Below the pieces are notes generated by a model. That model searched no databases. It saw nothing but the letters and a program-made list of their open reading frames with translations, and was not told where the DNA came from. The translations under genes were made by a program, and so were the position numbers. Positions 1 through 12,827 of a DNA stretch of 64,000 bases are shown here, piece after piece. The stretch's first letter is position 1; each line of letters starts with the position of its first letter. Origin of the DNA: Phoronis australis (lineage: Eukaryota; Animalia; Phoronida); NCBI GenBank assembly GCA_002633005.1, contig NMRA01000053.1:568131-632130 (forward strand), given 5' to 3'.

Positions 1-420
1 GGCAGCCTGATATATAATATCACAATAATCAATGTGTGGAAGTACAAAGGACTTGAACAAAACTTCTAAATGTGTAGAATTCAGATGACGAGAGACAAGC
101 TTAAGTGGGTTAATTAGTTCCTGAGTTTTTTGTACGAGCTCCATAACGTGAGGGGTGAATGAGAGTTTTTCATCTAACAATATACCCAGATGTCTGTGCG
201 ACTGTTTTCTAGGAATGATTTCATCATTAAGTTTAAGGTCATAAGACGGGTCAACAAGGAAGAGAGCATTAATAGATTTGGAGAAGGTGAGGTCAACGCT
301 TTTTTCTGGTTTAAAATTCATTCTCCATTCTTGTGACCAATAGCTTAGTTTATTTAAGTCGTGTTGAAGCTGCAAAGAACATTCAGGGCTGCTCCCTGCG
401 AAGGGGTAAAAAATGACAGA
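1..420 (-). mobile_element. CR1/L2-group LINE ORF2 (RT C-terminal region) fragment, frameshifted
   Basis: Minus-strand translation gives LQHDLNKLSYWSQEWRMNFKPEK, then after a frameshift LKLNDEIIPRKQSHRHLGILLDEKLSFTPHV...LEVLFKSFVLPHIDYCDIIY. These are typical post-YADD motifs of CR1-group LINEs. Runs off the left edge. Confidence 0.8.
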
Positions 421-1256
421 AGGTAATGACGTCGGTATCATTACTTTAACCAATTAGCAGCCATGTTAAACAACATTCGACAGTGCTGCATTTCGTAGCA
501 CTGTGAAAGAGTTGTTGCTAGAGGAAATCTTATCACAGTAAGGAATACTATGAGAATGCTTTAAAATTCCTGCTTCGATTTTTGTATTTAGCCAGTCACA
601 CACGACAAAATAAATCTTTACTTGAATAATATTGCACAACACCAGCAAGTTCATCTAGTCCTTTCTTGAACCACAGCACTTACCATCACAATTAAGTTTT
701 AGATTTTTAAAATTGCTATTAAATTGGGCAAGTTGCAAACTTAGGCCTAGTGTAGGAAAAGGATCAGAAAACGATAATCAGTTATCATTTTTGTATGTTT
801 GTGATTAAATTCTAAAGCGTTACATATATTACAGTGTCCTCTGACATGGAAAGTTCAAAAGATAAGTCAATGTCGACTTGATTTCGTTAGACGGTTCCAT
901 TATCAAACTTTCCCATAATAGTTTAAAGTAGTTCAATTTCAGCAGTATAAATAACACTCAACATGCATTCAGGTCCCAAACGAAACATCTGCTACAAAAC
1001 TGTTAATTATGCGACAATTTTGTCTCAGTTTCCAAATGCTAAATATATTGTTTGCAGCTCATGCGCCGAATCCTTGTTAACTACAATATCATCTATTGTT
1101 GCTATTTAACCATTTTCAGTGTACAATTACCGCTGTTTTCATTTGTGGTTTCTATTTCAAGTAATAAATCGTTACATTTAAAAGTATTTCTTTTACGAGA
1201 GAAAACTTGTCAAATTTTCTCTCCTAAAACAGTTTTGTAACGTAATGTGCAAGTAC

Positions 1257-1284
1257 ATATATGTATATGTATATGTATATGTAT
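1257..1284. repeat. (ATATGT)n microsatellite
   Basis: Direct tandem hexamer. Confidence 0.9.
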
Positions 1285-1500
1285 AAGACGTGATCCACCA
1301 CGTGAACAGCGTGGGTGAAGTATTTAAAAATCTACCGAAGAAATTTAGGAACTCGAAGCGACATTATTCAGATAGGCAACATAATGTCTCGTGGGATATT
1401 ACTTCATCTACGCCACTCTCGGTACGTTTTCTGTATGTATTCCTTTTTCAAACAATGTCATTTGCTCCTCTGATTTTTGTACGTACGTATGCGCGACGTG

Positions 1501-1597
1501 CGTTGATACGCCATAAAATTTAACAATTTCGTAAAATGTAACAACTGTTACAGTTGTTATTTTTTAAGAAATTATTACATTTTACGTCTTATCAGTG
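1501..1597. mobile_element. 97-bp minimal derivative (MITE) of the CACTG-ended foldback element
   Basis: cgttgatacgccataaaat...ttacattttacgtcttatcagtg has the same termini and aaaatgtaac subterminal motif as 3961-7191 and 9004-11588. Confidence 0.7.
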
Positions 1598-2310
1598 CGC
1601 GCCTGTGTAGGTGTGTGTACATATATACTAAGGGTGGAACGATCACGTTTTTGATTCGATTAATTTTAGAATTCGATTATTTTCAATTCGATTCTCGTTT
1701 GTTAACTTAATTATCCTTTTCAAGTATAAGTAGTTACCTAACCACTCGCACCAATTTAAGCTACAAAACTAATGACTGTGATAACATTCCAGCTATTAAA
1801 TAATCCTGAGCTGTTTATTTGCAACTCTTCAACCGATATAAACAAGTCGTAACTTTGTAAGACACCTAACGACAACGGCACCACGTGGACTCGTACAAAG
1901 CAGCTTAGTCGAGGCGGAGCCACATGGACAGGTTTATCCAAACTAGGACTATGTAGCATAGGTGCAGAACAACTGTGAACGCTTGAGAGTCACAGACGCA
2001 ACTAACTAGTCTGCAAACCGTTGCGTCTCTGATTTTGATAACAGACGAATATAGTGTGAACATGTCTTCATTGCTGGGTTTTATTTACGTGATTCAAGTA
2101 GCGTAGTTCACTATCTTCAAAGTCGATGACTGTTGTTGGCGACACTTAATAAACAAATCTAAATTTTGTGACTTTTACTTTCACATCTACCCCTGTTTAA
2201 CAGCCGGCTGGAAAAATTTAAAAATGAGCTGTCATGGCAAGTGACACGATTCGAAAAAGGAGTGGTTGAATTTTTACAGGTGTACAACACTCTACAGTGT
2301 ATTATGAGCA

Positions 2311-2520
2311 GATAGTGTGGCTCAGTGGTTTGAGCTCTGGACTCTCGTTTCGGGGACCCGGGTTCGAATCCTGGTTTTACTGACTGACTATCGAGCATTG
2401 TACAAAGGTGTGTCCTACTCCTCTGACTGAGTTCGGTGTTTGTAATGAGTGTATACAAGGGGGTGTATGGGAACCGGATATAATGTGAAAGCGATCTCTG
2501 GAGGCGTGCTAAAAACAATT
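2311..2520 (+). mobile_element. tRNA-derived SINE
   Basis: A box tggctcagtgg and B box ggttcgaatcc in a tRNA-like head; body ends in an L2-like tail (gtgaaagcg...ggcgtgctaaaaa). Confidence 0.75.
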
Positions 2521-3960
2521 AGACAAAGAAACTAGGACATTGACCACTAAATCCAGATTTCCATTTTTTTGAAAGGTTTACATGCACTAATTGACTGTAA
2601 ATTATTTTTAAACATATGGCCAATGGAGGAATAACAATACTTTGAGTCAAGCAAAGAAGATTAAATACACCACACTATGCAGTCGAAGACACACGATCCT
2701 GTTGTGTGTCTGTTTAAGAACACTAAACACACCTAAATGATGTGTACACGTACGAGATTTCAGTACGCTTCTCATACTACAACCAGTTTGCTTACCTGTG
2801 TTTGCTTGCACATCTAAGTCTCTGTAACAAAATGTCTTCATTGTAAGTTACACAAGCTCTCGGATAGAAAGGAAATTCAATTGTAAGACAAGGCAAGCAG
2901 CTAGGTATTAAGTTTCACCGTATTACAAAAAATATAATGTTACATCAAGGTGCCCAGCCCACTTAATCATTATACAAAGACAATAATCTTCCAACCAAAG
3001 TACGGAATTCCTAGTAAGATTAACATGAATGCATAATTGGTGGCCCTTTTAAAATTGAAGTGAACGGATGCACGATAAATGTCGGATTTGCCAATCACTA
3101 ATGCATAGAAGTGACGTTTACAACAGCAAGAAAATCTGAGTTCCAAAAGACACAACTCAGATGTTACTTTAAGTTGAATGCTTAAAACGAAATACACAAT
3201 ACATACCTCGACGGAATAGAAGTATCAGGGTTTCCTAGGTCATTTCGAGCTACCTGTGGAAAAAAACAATCACAGGAAAGTGTCAAATTTTACCGATCTT
3301 CGAAACAAGATATCTTTCCAACCAGTTCCTAAAAAAGCTGTCAGATGATGTGATACGTACACTGCTTTCAAATACAAACTCATTTTGACTGGGACGTTCA
3401 GGATTTTTACGGATGTATCAACTATCAACTTCCGTATCAAAACGTTACTGAAACTGAAAATATAACAATCATTGCAATTTTGGTAACGTTGTTAATACCG
3501 TTGTTTTTACCTGAAGGTTCCAAAACACACTGGAAACTTTTCAAAAGAGGTGTTCAATGCCAAAGTGGTTTTAACTCCAAATCAATTTTACACAAGCGTT
3601 CCACTTGTAAAAAACAATTTGCACTGAGTTAATATTCGGCAGTAACAGTATTTGGTTAAGTACCGACTTTTTATTGCCAATGCAGACGAATAGCAGCAAA
3701 CCGAGCTGTTGTGAGCTCAAGACAACTCAAGCTACTGGTTCAGTGCGGGTTATACCTGCACACATCAAGCAAAATTCTCAGTGACCTATTCATTAGGTTC
3801 GTAGTAAACAGCGTTAGAATAAGCCAACCAAAGAGACTACTGTCGTCAGGTGGTGCAATAATCAGTTTATATTGGCTACCAAAGGTTAAACTCTCTAATC
3901 TCGATGAAATATTGTGAGGATATACAGACAACTCTAAGAACCGTGACATTCGCTTCAGCG

Positions 3961-6900
3961 ACAATTGCTACATTTTACGAAATTGCTACATACGTTGTTA
4001 GGCCTCGCCTAAAATGTAAGAATTTGTTATATTTTATATAATTGTTACAATTTACGTCGAATGCACCTGCGAGAAATGTACCATTGTTACATTTTACGAA
4101 AGCTACGTCACATTTCATGAGTTCTCATAGTATTTGTCACACGGAGGAAAACTGTTCACACACTTAACGTTTTCTTTCTCGGATTTGTGAATGAAACTCT
4201 ATCAATTGTGCCAGGTCGAATTTATAGACGTGTCTCTATGTGCTTCCCATAGTTTTTTACATGGGTAGTATTAAGGTATAGTAAAAAATTTACATCGTAC
4301 AGTTTCTAATCCACACGAAATGGGTTTCTAAGGATCAGGTAATAACTTTTTATTGTTAAAGCGTCCTCGCAATCTTTTGCTGACGTTCACCGGTCATAAA
4401 CCAATTGTGTATTCGGCATTACAGTAAACACATTTCCCTTGGAAAGCAAAACAATGACATCGTATTTGGCTAATTTTCGGGAACAAACGACAATAACAAC
4501 ATTTTCATGAAGAATTCAATTTTGGAAGTCAATTTGATAGAAAAACCATCAATTTTAGTCCACGATAGTTTATTTTATTTCAGTCAGTGTTTTATTGCCT
4601 TGGAGTCATCGCTAATGCAGTAATTGACCAGCTCCACACAAAAGGAGCAAAACCAAAATTTCTGATGCCGACGGGTTCTGTCTACCACCTTAGTTACCAA
4701 TGACAAATTCTTAATAACATTGTGGTGAAATGAAATAAAAGCACACATTTATTTGTTGGCAGGTTGACAGATTTTGCCAAAGCAACAGCACAATATCGCC
4801 TTTGAGAAGGGCGAGCCAATAGTTTTAAAAAGTGGCTCCATAGTAATGTGTTTTACACAGCTTAAAAGCTGAAAAGAATATCATTGTATCTATGATGTCA
4901 AACCTGTCTGAAATACTGGTGGTAACAACAGGTCAAACCGTGACGTGTATACGTAAAAATGAGATGCCTAGCTGGGGAAATGGAAAATATTTTGCACTCT
5001 GGAAAAGCATAATCATTTTGTTCAAACCTGGTCTAGGTCTATAGTTTAAAAGGGCAATAGTCCAAAAAGCTGACTATCGGTCTTTCGGACGATAAAAACA
5101 CGCGCTTTCTCTTTCTATTATCTTTTAAGATAAATATGAATTAAAATTGCTATTTGGTCAGTGTTCGTTAGTTCGAAGTACATATAAATAAAGACAAAGA
5201 TTAGACATTCTATTATTAAGGGACGTGAAGTCACGTGTCTCACGAGGCGCCATTTCTGTTGCAGCTCGCAAATAACGGAATTTGGTATGTTAACCCTTTT
5301 GATACATTGCATTAAATGCTCATATTAAACATCGCTGTTCAAATCATTCTGTTAAATCACTGTGTTTCTCTCAGAATATTTGGGCCCGTTCCGCATAAAG
5401 TTGCTGCGTGTTTTGTATGTCCGTTACCAGCTATTCTAATGACCCGGTGACCGCAGCCGACTAGTCGTTAGTTCTCGAAAAATGTCTGCCTCCAGAGTTC
5501 AACTTAATGCAATTTTTGAACTTTCACATCATCGTGGAGTGGTCCTCAGTTCTTTGACACGGAATGATTTCAACAAGACAAAAATGATTATACGGTGGGT
5601 ATCCTCACGTTAAGATGTAAGTCACGAGTAAAATATTGGGGTCTGAATTCAGTTCTTCGTGGCAAACTACAGATAGATATAGTTATATTTACAAACAATA
5701 GGTGCTTGCCGATAGTTCATAAATAATCAAATCTTCAAGTTGGTGCACGTCTAAACAAGATTTAAAATCTCAACCTCCTCGTTTCCAAAATGTAGGCATT
5801 CTCTGCATCCACAGCTGTCAAGACGTTTCTCACAATATCGTTAAGGCTGAACATATTAACCCCTTTAAAATCCTTTTGGAACAGCATTCGCTGTCTACTA
5901 AGGAAAGCCCGATTAAAACATTGAACCATAAATGAGATGATTTCAAAATCTTTGAGGACCATGATGTATTAGCACTTTGCTAAACATGTATTGTGTTCCA
6001 GAAATTCAGGAAAAGTACCTTTACATATAATTTTGCATGTTTTTACAGTCCGAAAGGCCAACAGTCAACTCTTTTGGACTATTTCCCCTTTAAACTATCG
6101 ACCTAGACCAGGTTTGAACAAAATGATCATGTTTTTCCAGAGTGCAAAATGTTTTCTATTTCCCCAGCTAGGCATCCCATTTTTAAGTATGCACGTCACG
6201 ATTTGACTTTTTCTTAAATCCACTATTTCAGACATGCTTGACATCATTGGGACAATGATATTTTTTGAGCTTTTAAGCTGTGTAAAACACGTTACTATGC
6301 CGCCACTTTTATAAACTATTGGCTGGCCTTTCTCAAATGCGATATTTTGCTGTTGCTTTGGTAAAATCTGTCAACCTGCAAACATAAATATGTGCTTTTG
6401 GCTCCTTCCACAACAATGTCTTTAAGATATTGTCATTCGTTACTAAGGTGGTAGACCCGTCGGCATCAGAAACTTAGGTCTCGCTCCTTTTGTGTGGAGC
6501 AGGTCTATTACTCCATTAGCGATGAGTCCAAGGCAATAACACTGGCCAAACTATCGTGGACTAAAACTGGTGTATTTTCTATTACACTGGCTTCCAAAAT
6601 AGAATTCTCCGTGAAAATGTTATTATTGTCGTTTCTGCTGGAAGAAATAAGATAAATACTAGCCAAATGCGATGCCATTGTTGTGCTTACCAAGAGAAGT
6701 GTGATTACTGTAATGCCGGACACACAATTTGTTTATGAGCTATGAACGTCAACAAAAGATTGCAAGAACGCTTTAACAATAAAAAACGTGTTACCTGGTC
6801 CTGGAAACTCCTTTCGTGTGGATTTGAAACGATACGTTGTACATTTTTTACTATACCATAAAACTTCTCGTGGTAAAACATGGAAAGCACATAGGGACCC

Positions 6901-7191
6901 TTATATAAATTCGACCTGGCACAATTGATGGAGTTTCATTCACACAATCCGAGAAAGAAGACGTTAAGTGTGTGGACAGTTTTCCTCCGTGTGAAAAATA
7001 CCATGCAAATTCATGAAATATGACGTCGCTTTCATAAAATGTAACAATGTTACATTTCTCGAATGTGCATTCGACGTAAATTGTAACAATTAGTATGTAG
7101 CAACTTGTTACATTTTAGGAGAGGCCTAGCAACGGAAAATGTAACAGCGACACAAAATGTAACAGTTGTTACATTTTACGGCGTATCAGTG
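3961..7191. mobile_element. Non-autonomous foldback DNA transposon with about 1.1-kb terminal inverted repeats (CACTG end, CMC/EnSpm-like)
   Basis: 3961-~5100 is the diverged reverse complement of ~6040-7191 (e.g. ttcaaacctggtctaggtctatagtttaaa vs tttaaactatcgacctagaccaggtttgaa). Right end is ...ttacattttacggcgtatcagtg, with repeated aaaatgtaac subterminal motifs. Left tip is lost and there is no transposase ORF. Confidence 0.8.
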
Positions 7192-8055
7192 CCTGCATGC
7201 GTTTGAGTGTTTAAATTGTGTCACCTAGTGTTGCCTAAGCATTGCTAGGACTATCTGGATAGTGCGATACATTTAGCCGGAATAACAAAAATCCATTCGA
7301 GGAAGTCACTCCTGGATGACTTAGCTTATAAAAAGCAATGAAATCACTCAAGCTCGTAGAGAAGATCTCCAAAGCAACAGCACAGGAATAGACAATGGAT
7401 TTCTAGTGATACTGCATATTTTGGATAACACAGTGAATTGTCGATTTTGGGGGAAATGACGGTCTGCAAATTTAATTGAGATCATATTGGAAATATGCTT
7501 AACTTGTTTTTAAAGCTTTTAAAAGCGTTTTTGCACCCGGGATGCACAATAGTCATAATTCTTCGGAAAAGTTAATGCCACTCAACGCAAAACGTGAATG
7601 ATCTGAAAGGTCCCCAAAATGGAAGATCCTTCTTACTTCCTCGAGCACCTGCCAATTTATCACAAATAAACGGTAGTAAAATGGAGTATTTGTTATAAAA
7701 TGTTAGATTGAAACTGATGAAGAAGTCGAACTCGACTGAACTCTTTACACGGTGTTTACCTCACGACGACCAATGTTACCGCTGGCGATATTTTCGTTTA
7801 TTCCTGGCGAAGAAGCTATGCCTTCTCTCATTGTCTCTGTCAAAAGAAATGTCATTTGAAGAATGAGAGCTTCGCTCGACAGAGAAATTTAAGCCTAAAT
7901 TTCAAGAAAATTTCTCAGATAATTTGGCACTTCGCTTCACGTTAATCTCTGATAGCATTTTGTAGATAAGTTTGACTTTTATAAAACATGCTCAAATTTA
8001 AACAAGCTCATAGCTAAACATTGTTTATGTCAATAATCTACTTATCTCGCATGGA

Positions 8056-8963
8056 CTAGTGAAAATTCCTACCCTCATACGTAGGAGGATTACTGTCACT
8101 GATGTTCGTGTTAGTGGACTGCAGTAACCTGTTTTGCTCCTCAATTTTTTCAGTCAGGAGAGTTATTTGTCGTTGCATTTCTTCCATTTCTCTATTCTTC
8201 ACTATCGCATCTTCCCTTTCGCGTTCTAACTGGTGACGCAACTCAGCTATATCTGCATCCTTTTGCTCCAAAGCTGCTCGAAAATCATCTTCCTTGTGTT
8301 TCATTTCAATCTGGAGTTCCTTTTCAACTTTCAATGGCTCCGCAGCAAGCTTTGCGTGGTGATCTAGGTCCTTCTGCAAGTCAGTCATATTTTCCTTAAG
8401 TTTCTTATTTTCGTGCGACAGTCTATCAATTTGCCCTTCTAATCTTTGTTTAGTCAAATTTAAGTTGTTCCTAAGCTGGACCAATTCTACGTCTCTCTCG
8501 TCAAGTTCTTTTTCTAAACTTTGTACGCGCGCCAAAGACGACTTTGACTCTTCCTCAAGCTTTTCTTTCTCTGTTCTGTATTCCTGCGCAAATGCCTTTT
8601 CGATATCGAGCTCCTGCTTTAACCTTGAAACTTCTTGCTGATGTCCACTTTCCAACTTTTCCATCTCACTAATGCGTCTCTTGAAACCCATCTCTTCCTC
8701 AACATGACCATCCACGAGACGGCGGATTTTCGATTCCTTTTCGTTGATCAAATGCTGTTTCTCTTGTAACTGTCTGGTCAAGGCGACCACTCGCTGTGCA
8801 TCGTCAACGAGAGGAGCACGTGATTTCCGCTGACGATATATTCTAACTGCTCGCCTATTGTAAGGCGTGTGCTCCAATATATGCAAGACATTTTGAGTAG
8901 TATTGGTGGTCGCCCGCTTTTTGGAACCCACGCATTCGGAAGTTTTCACCTGAAGGTTGTACC
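8056..8963 (-). CDS. Terminal exon: long E/K/Q-rich coiled coil ending SNPPTYEGRNFH
   Basis: Acceptor ctttcag|GG TAC (phase 1), open for 908 nt to TAG; heptad-like Leu/charged composition. Confidence 0.85.
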
Positions 8964-9003
8964 CTGAAAGTAGATGCACATCTTTGGTAACAAATGTGTT
9001 GTG

Positions 9004-11588
9004 CAATGATACGCTTCAAAATGCATCAATTTCGTAAAATGTAACAACTGCTACATTTTACGTCATTGTTACATTTTTCGTTGCTAGACCTCTCCTAAGT
9101 TGCTACATTTTACGTAGCTGTTACATTTTATGTCGAATGCACATGCAAAAAATGTACCATTGTTACATTTTACGAAACCAACGTCATATTTCAAAGAAAA
9201 TGACCAAAATCGCGAGCAAGTAGTATCTGACACGGCCGAGGGTAAGCGAGTATTTTTGGACGAGATGTGCCGCCCGACAACAAAGCGACCCATTAGGAGA
9301 CTAATTTTGTGGAAAAATTCACATTTTCGCACATTTCTGTTCCAGAAATTCAGAAAAGGCACACTTTTAGATAACTTTTTTTTTATAAATAGCACTATCT
9401 TGGAGAGCATTTTTGTTGTGAAAAACAATCTTTTTGGCCGGCACTTTTCATATACCTCTTCTACAGGAATGCCCTCCGGACTGACACGGCATAAGTTTGG
9501 CTACCCATTATCATTTTTATTACTATTACATTACTATGACATTACTATTACTGCTATTACTACCATTACTAATATTACTGCTATTGCTACTATGACTTGT
9601 TATCGGTATCATTATTGTTATCATTATAGATATTTTTGAATTTATTTAACAATGACACAATGCAACATGTATAATACATGTTTTAGCAAAGTGTTAATAC
9701 ATCATGGTCCTCAAAGATTTCAAAATCTTCTCATTTATGGTTTAATGTTTTCACCGGGCTCCCCATAATGAACAGCGAGTGCTTAAAGAGGTTCTTATGT
9801 TCAACCTTAACGATATTGTGAGAAACGTCATGACAGCTGTGGATGCAGAGTAAGCCTACTTTTAAGAAACACGGGGGTTGAAAATTAAAATCTTGTTTAG
9901 ACGTGTGCCATTTCAAAAATTGATTATTTCTGATCTATCGACAAGCACGGCACTGTTTGTAAATAAATTATATTATACTTCTGTAGTTTGCCACGAAGGA
10001 CTGAATTCATACTATACACTTTACTTGCGACTTATATCTAAGCGTGAAGATACCCACCGTGTAATCATTTTTGACTCTTGTTGAAAAGATTCCTTTTCAA
10101 AGAACTGGGGTTCGCTCCACGATGTAAGTTCAAAAATTGAATTTTGGATGTAGACATTTTGGAGATCTAGCGACTAGTCGGTTATGGCTGCGGTAACTGG
10201 GTCATTAGAATAGCTGGTAAAGAACAATTTTATGTGGAACAAGTCTCAATATTCAGTGATTTATCTGAATGATTTGAACTGGGTTTCATTGAAAGTGGGT
10301 TGTAAGGAACAAAAACGGACAACGTCAAAGTCAGGGATGTTTGGTATGCTCTTTTTATGCGATGTAGAAAAACGTTTAATATACAAAGATCCTTATCTGC
10401 CTACAACCACCCGTGTTGACAGCGAGATGCAACACAATAATGGCGCCTCATGAGACACGTTGCTTCACGTCCATTAATACTAGAATGCCCCGTCTCTGTC
10501 TTTATTTATATGTGCTTCGGACATAGGAACCTGATCATTGACCAAGTACCAATTTTAGTTGTCTTTTATGTTAAAAGATACTAGACAGAGATAGTGAAAG
10601 GTTCCCAGTCAGCTTTTTTCGGACTGTTGCCCCTTTAAACTATCGACGAAAACCCTTTATGAGCAAATTGACCGTATCCTTTCAGAGTGGCAAAATATTT
10701 TCTATTTCCCCATGTAGGCCTCCCCTTTTACGCATACACGTCACGGTTTGATCAGCTGTTACCACCACTATTTCAGACAGGTTTGACATCATAGCAACAA
10801 TTATATTTCTTTCAGCTTTTAGCTGTTCAAAACACGTTCCACCACAATGTCTTTAAGAAATTGTCATTGTTACGAAGGTGGTAAACACAACCCATCGGCA
10901 TCAGAAACTTTGGTCTTGTCCTTTCTTGTGGAGCATTAGCCATGACTTTAAGGCAATGAAACATTGACCGAAATAAATCAAGCTATCGTGTATTAAAATG
11001 GTTGTTTTTCTATCAACTTTTCTCCCTTCATTGAATTCTCCCTGAAAAAATGTTATTTTCGTTTGTTCCAAAAGAAATGTGATAAATACATGTATTAGCC
11101 GAAATACGATGTCCTTGTTTCTGCTGTGCTTACGAGGTACCAAGGGAAGCGTGTTTACTGTAATGCCGGACACACAATTGGGTGTGAACTGTGACCGCCC
11201 AAGGACGTTTAACAATAAAAACGTGTTATCTAATCCTGGAAACTCCTTTCGTCTGGAAATGAAACTGTAAGGGGTATATTTTGACTATACCAAGAAACTA
11301 CCCAGGTTAAAAAACAATGGAAAGCACACACGGACAAACAATCCGAGAAAGATAAGGTGTTAAGTGTATGACCGTTTTCATCCGTGGACAAATGCCATGC
11401 AAAGACATGAAATATGACATCGGTTTCTTAAAATGTAACAATGGTACAGTTCTCGCAAGTGCATTCGACGTAAATCAAAACAATTACATTAAATGTAAAA
11501 ACTTGTTTCATTTTAGGAGAGGCCTAGCAACGTAAAATGTAAAATGACGTAAAATGTAACAGTCGTTACATTTTACGGCGTATCAGTG
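9004..11588. mobile_element. Second copy of the foldback element, opposite orientation, inside the CARD-gene intron
   Basis: Ends are caatgatacgc... and ...gcgtatcagtg. 9665-10590 is the reverse complement of the 5100-6000 spacer, and 10600-11588 of 3961-5100. Left arm is truncated at about 9195. Confidence 0.8.
9506..9630. repeat. Degenerate (ATTACT/ATT)n simple repeat
   Basis: attactattacattactatgacattactattactgctattact... Confidence 0.8.
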
Positions 11589-11855
11589 CATCCTTGTCTC
11601 AACAGCGTTAAGGATATAGAACCATATGGTTGATTTTGTCATCTACTGATGCATCATTGGTACTTCCTGTGAGGGAAAAAGCAACTGGACTGAAACACCT
11701 GCCCAGTGTGTCATCAAGTATATCCTGAGGTTCTTGGCGAGCGGTCTTCACCAGTGTCCGTGCACGTTCATATTGGTAGTTTATCATGAACATCTCCGAC
11801 TGATAAATTTTTGGATCATAAAGCAGCAAATGTAAAAAAACTAAAAGTAACTCAC

Positions 11856-12224
11856 CTTTTGTTAGCTCACGACGGATTTTCATGTATTCTTTAAAGTCCA
11901 TAGTCATCTCCGCCATAGCAGGGTTCAAGGGGTTCGCAGCAGTTGCTTGTCTTATTTCGTCCGTCATTACCAGGTCTATCAGCTGCTTCATGAGACCATC
12001 GCGGTAGTGTGGATTATTCATCACCATCCAGTACTCGTCCAGTTGACTAACACTGACAAATTCCAAATTGAAGACGATAGATCCGGGCTTAATATTTCGA
12101 ACGGTTAACCTCGTTTTAAGAAGTTTGACCACCTTTTGACAAAAGTTGTCAAAAAGCGGCTGAAGGAGATTTTGAATATTTTCAAAATCAGGGAATGAGA
12201 CGCGGACCTTTGAGTTGCAGGCAA
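11856..12224 (-). CDS. Internal exon: TRADD-N-like (SEA-like fold) domain
   Basis: Acceptor atttcag|TT GCC, donor AAA G|gtgag, 369 nt, phase 1-1. Motif LTVRNIKPGSIVFNLEFVSVSQLDEYW...GLMKQLIDLVMT matches the GSI..L..LW..G.L..L pattern of invertebrate TRADD-like N-terminal domains. Confidence 0.8.
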
Positions 12225-12827
12225 CTGAAATGAAAATCACAACTCCGCTAATGTAATTCTATAATACTTTTTTTCACTGCCTAGTCAAGCCGATAATCAA
12301 ACAAACCTAATGTATTTTAAAAAGCGCCATTACAAATTTATCCTACGATGTTGGAAAGGTAATAAAAACCTTTTATTTTCTTTAGCAATTATTCTCAATT
12401 TAAAGAAAACCTTTTCAAAGAGGCATACTTACACGCCTAAAGACAGGTTTCACGGCAAATCCTGACCTCACCTTTTGTTGTTATTAATATATACAGCCCG
12501 TAGTGGAATAGGTGAACTGACACGATTTTAAAAGGTGAAGAAACACAGCGATTCATTTAGCAGCTAGTCTCAAAGGATTGCTCCGTCAAAGTAAAAGCTG
12601 AATACACCAGACAGAATTTCTCGAATATCATTGGTTTTACTGTCACAAACACATATGTGGGGTTGTTGTTTGTTATTACCTTTCATCAGAGTTGCAAAAT
12701 AGCTGGTATTATGGAGATTCTGCTAATTTCTGTAAACTTACTTTTCTCGCCGGAAAAGTCCCTTTAAGAGCAGAAATTAAAATGAACAAATTGTCTTCGA
12801 AACCACGGCATGTGTAAATCTACAAAC

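Noticed and set aside
2311-2385. Possible tRNA gene
   Set aside because: A/B boxes are present but the acceptor stem is not closed, and it continues into a SINE body and tail.
3740-3964. ORF containing KLIIAPPD, reminiscent of actin KIIAPPE
   Set aside because: Only a short motif matches, with no other actin exons or downstream consensus; probably chance.
9084-9639. 114-aa and 169-aa ORFs
   Set aside because: They lie in transposon arm and simple-repeat DNA within an intron; no protein-like composition.
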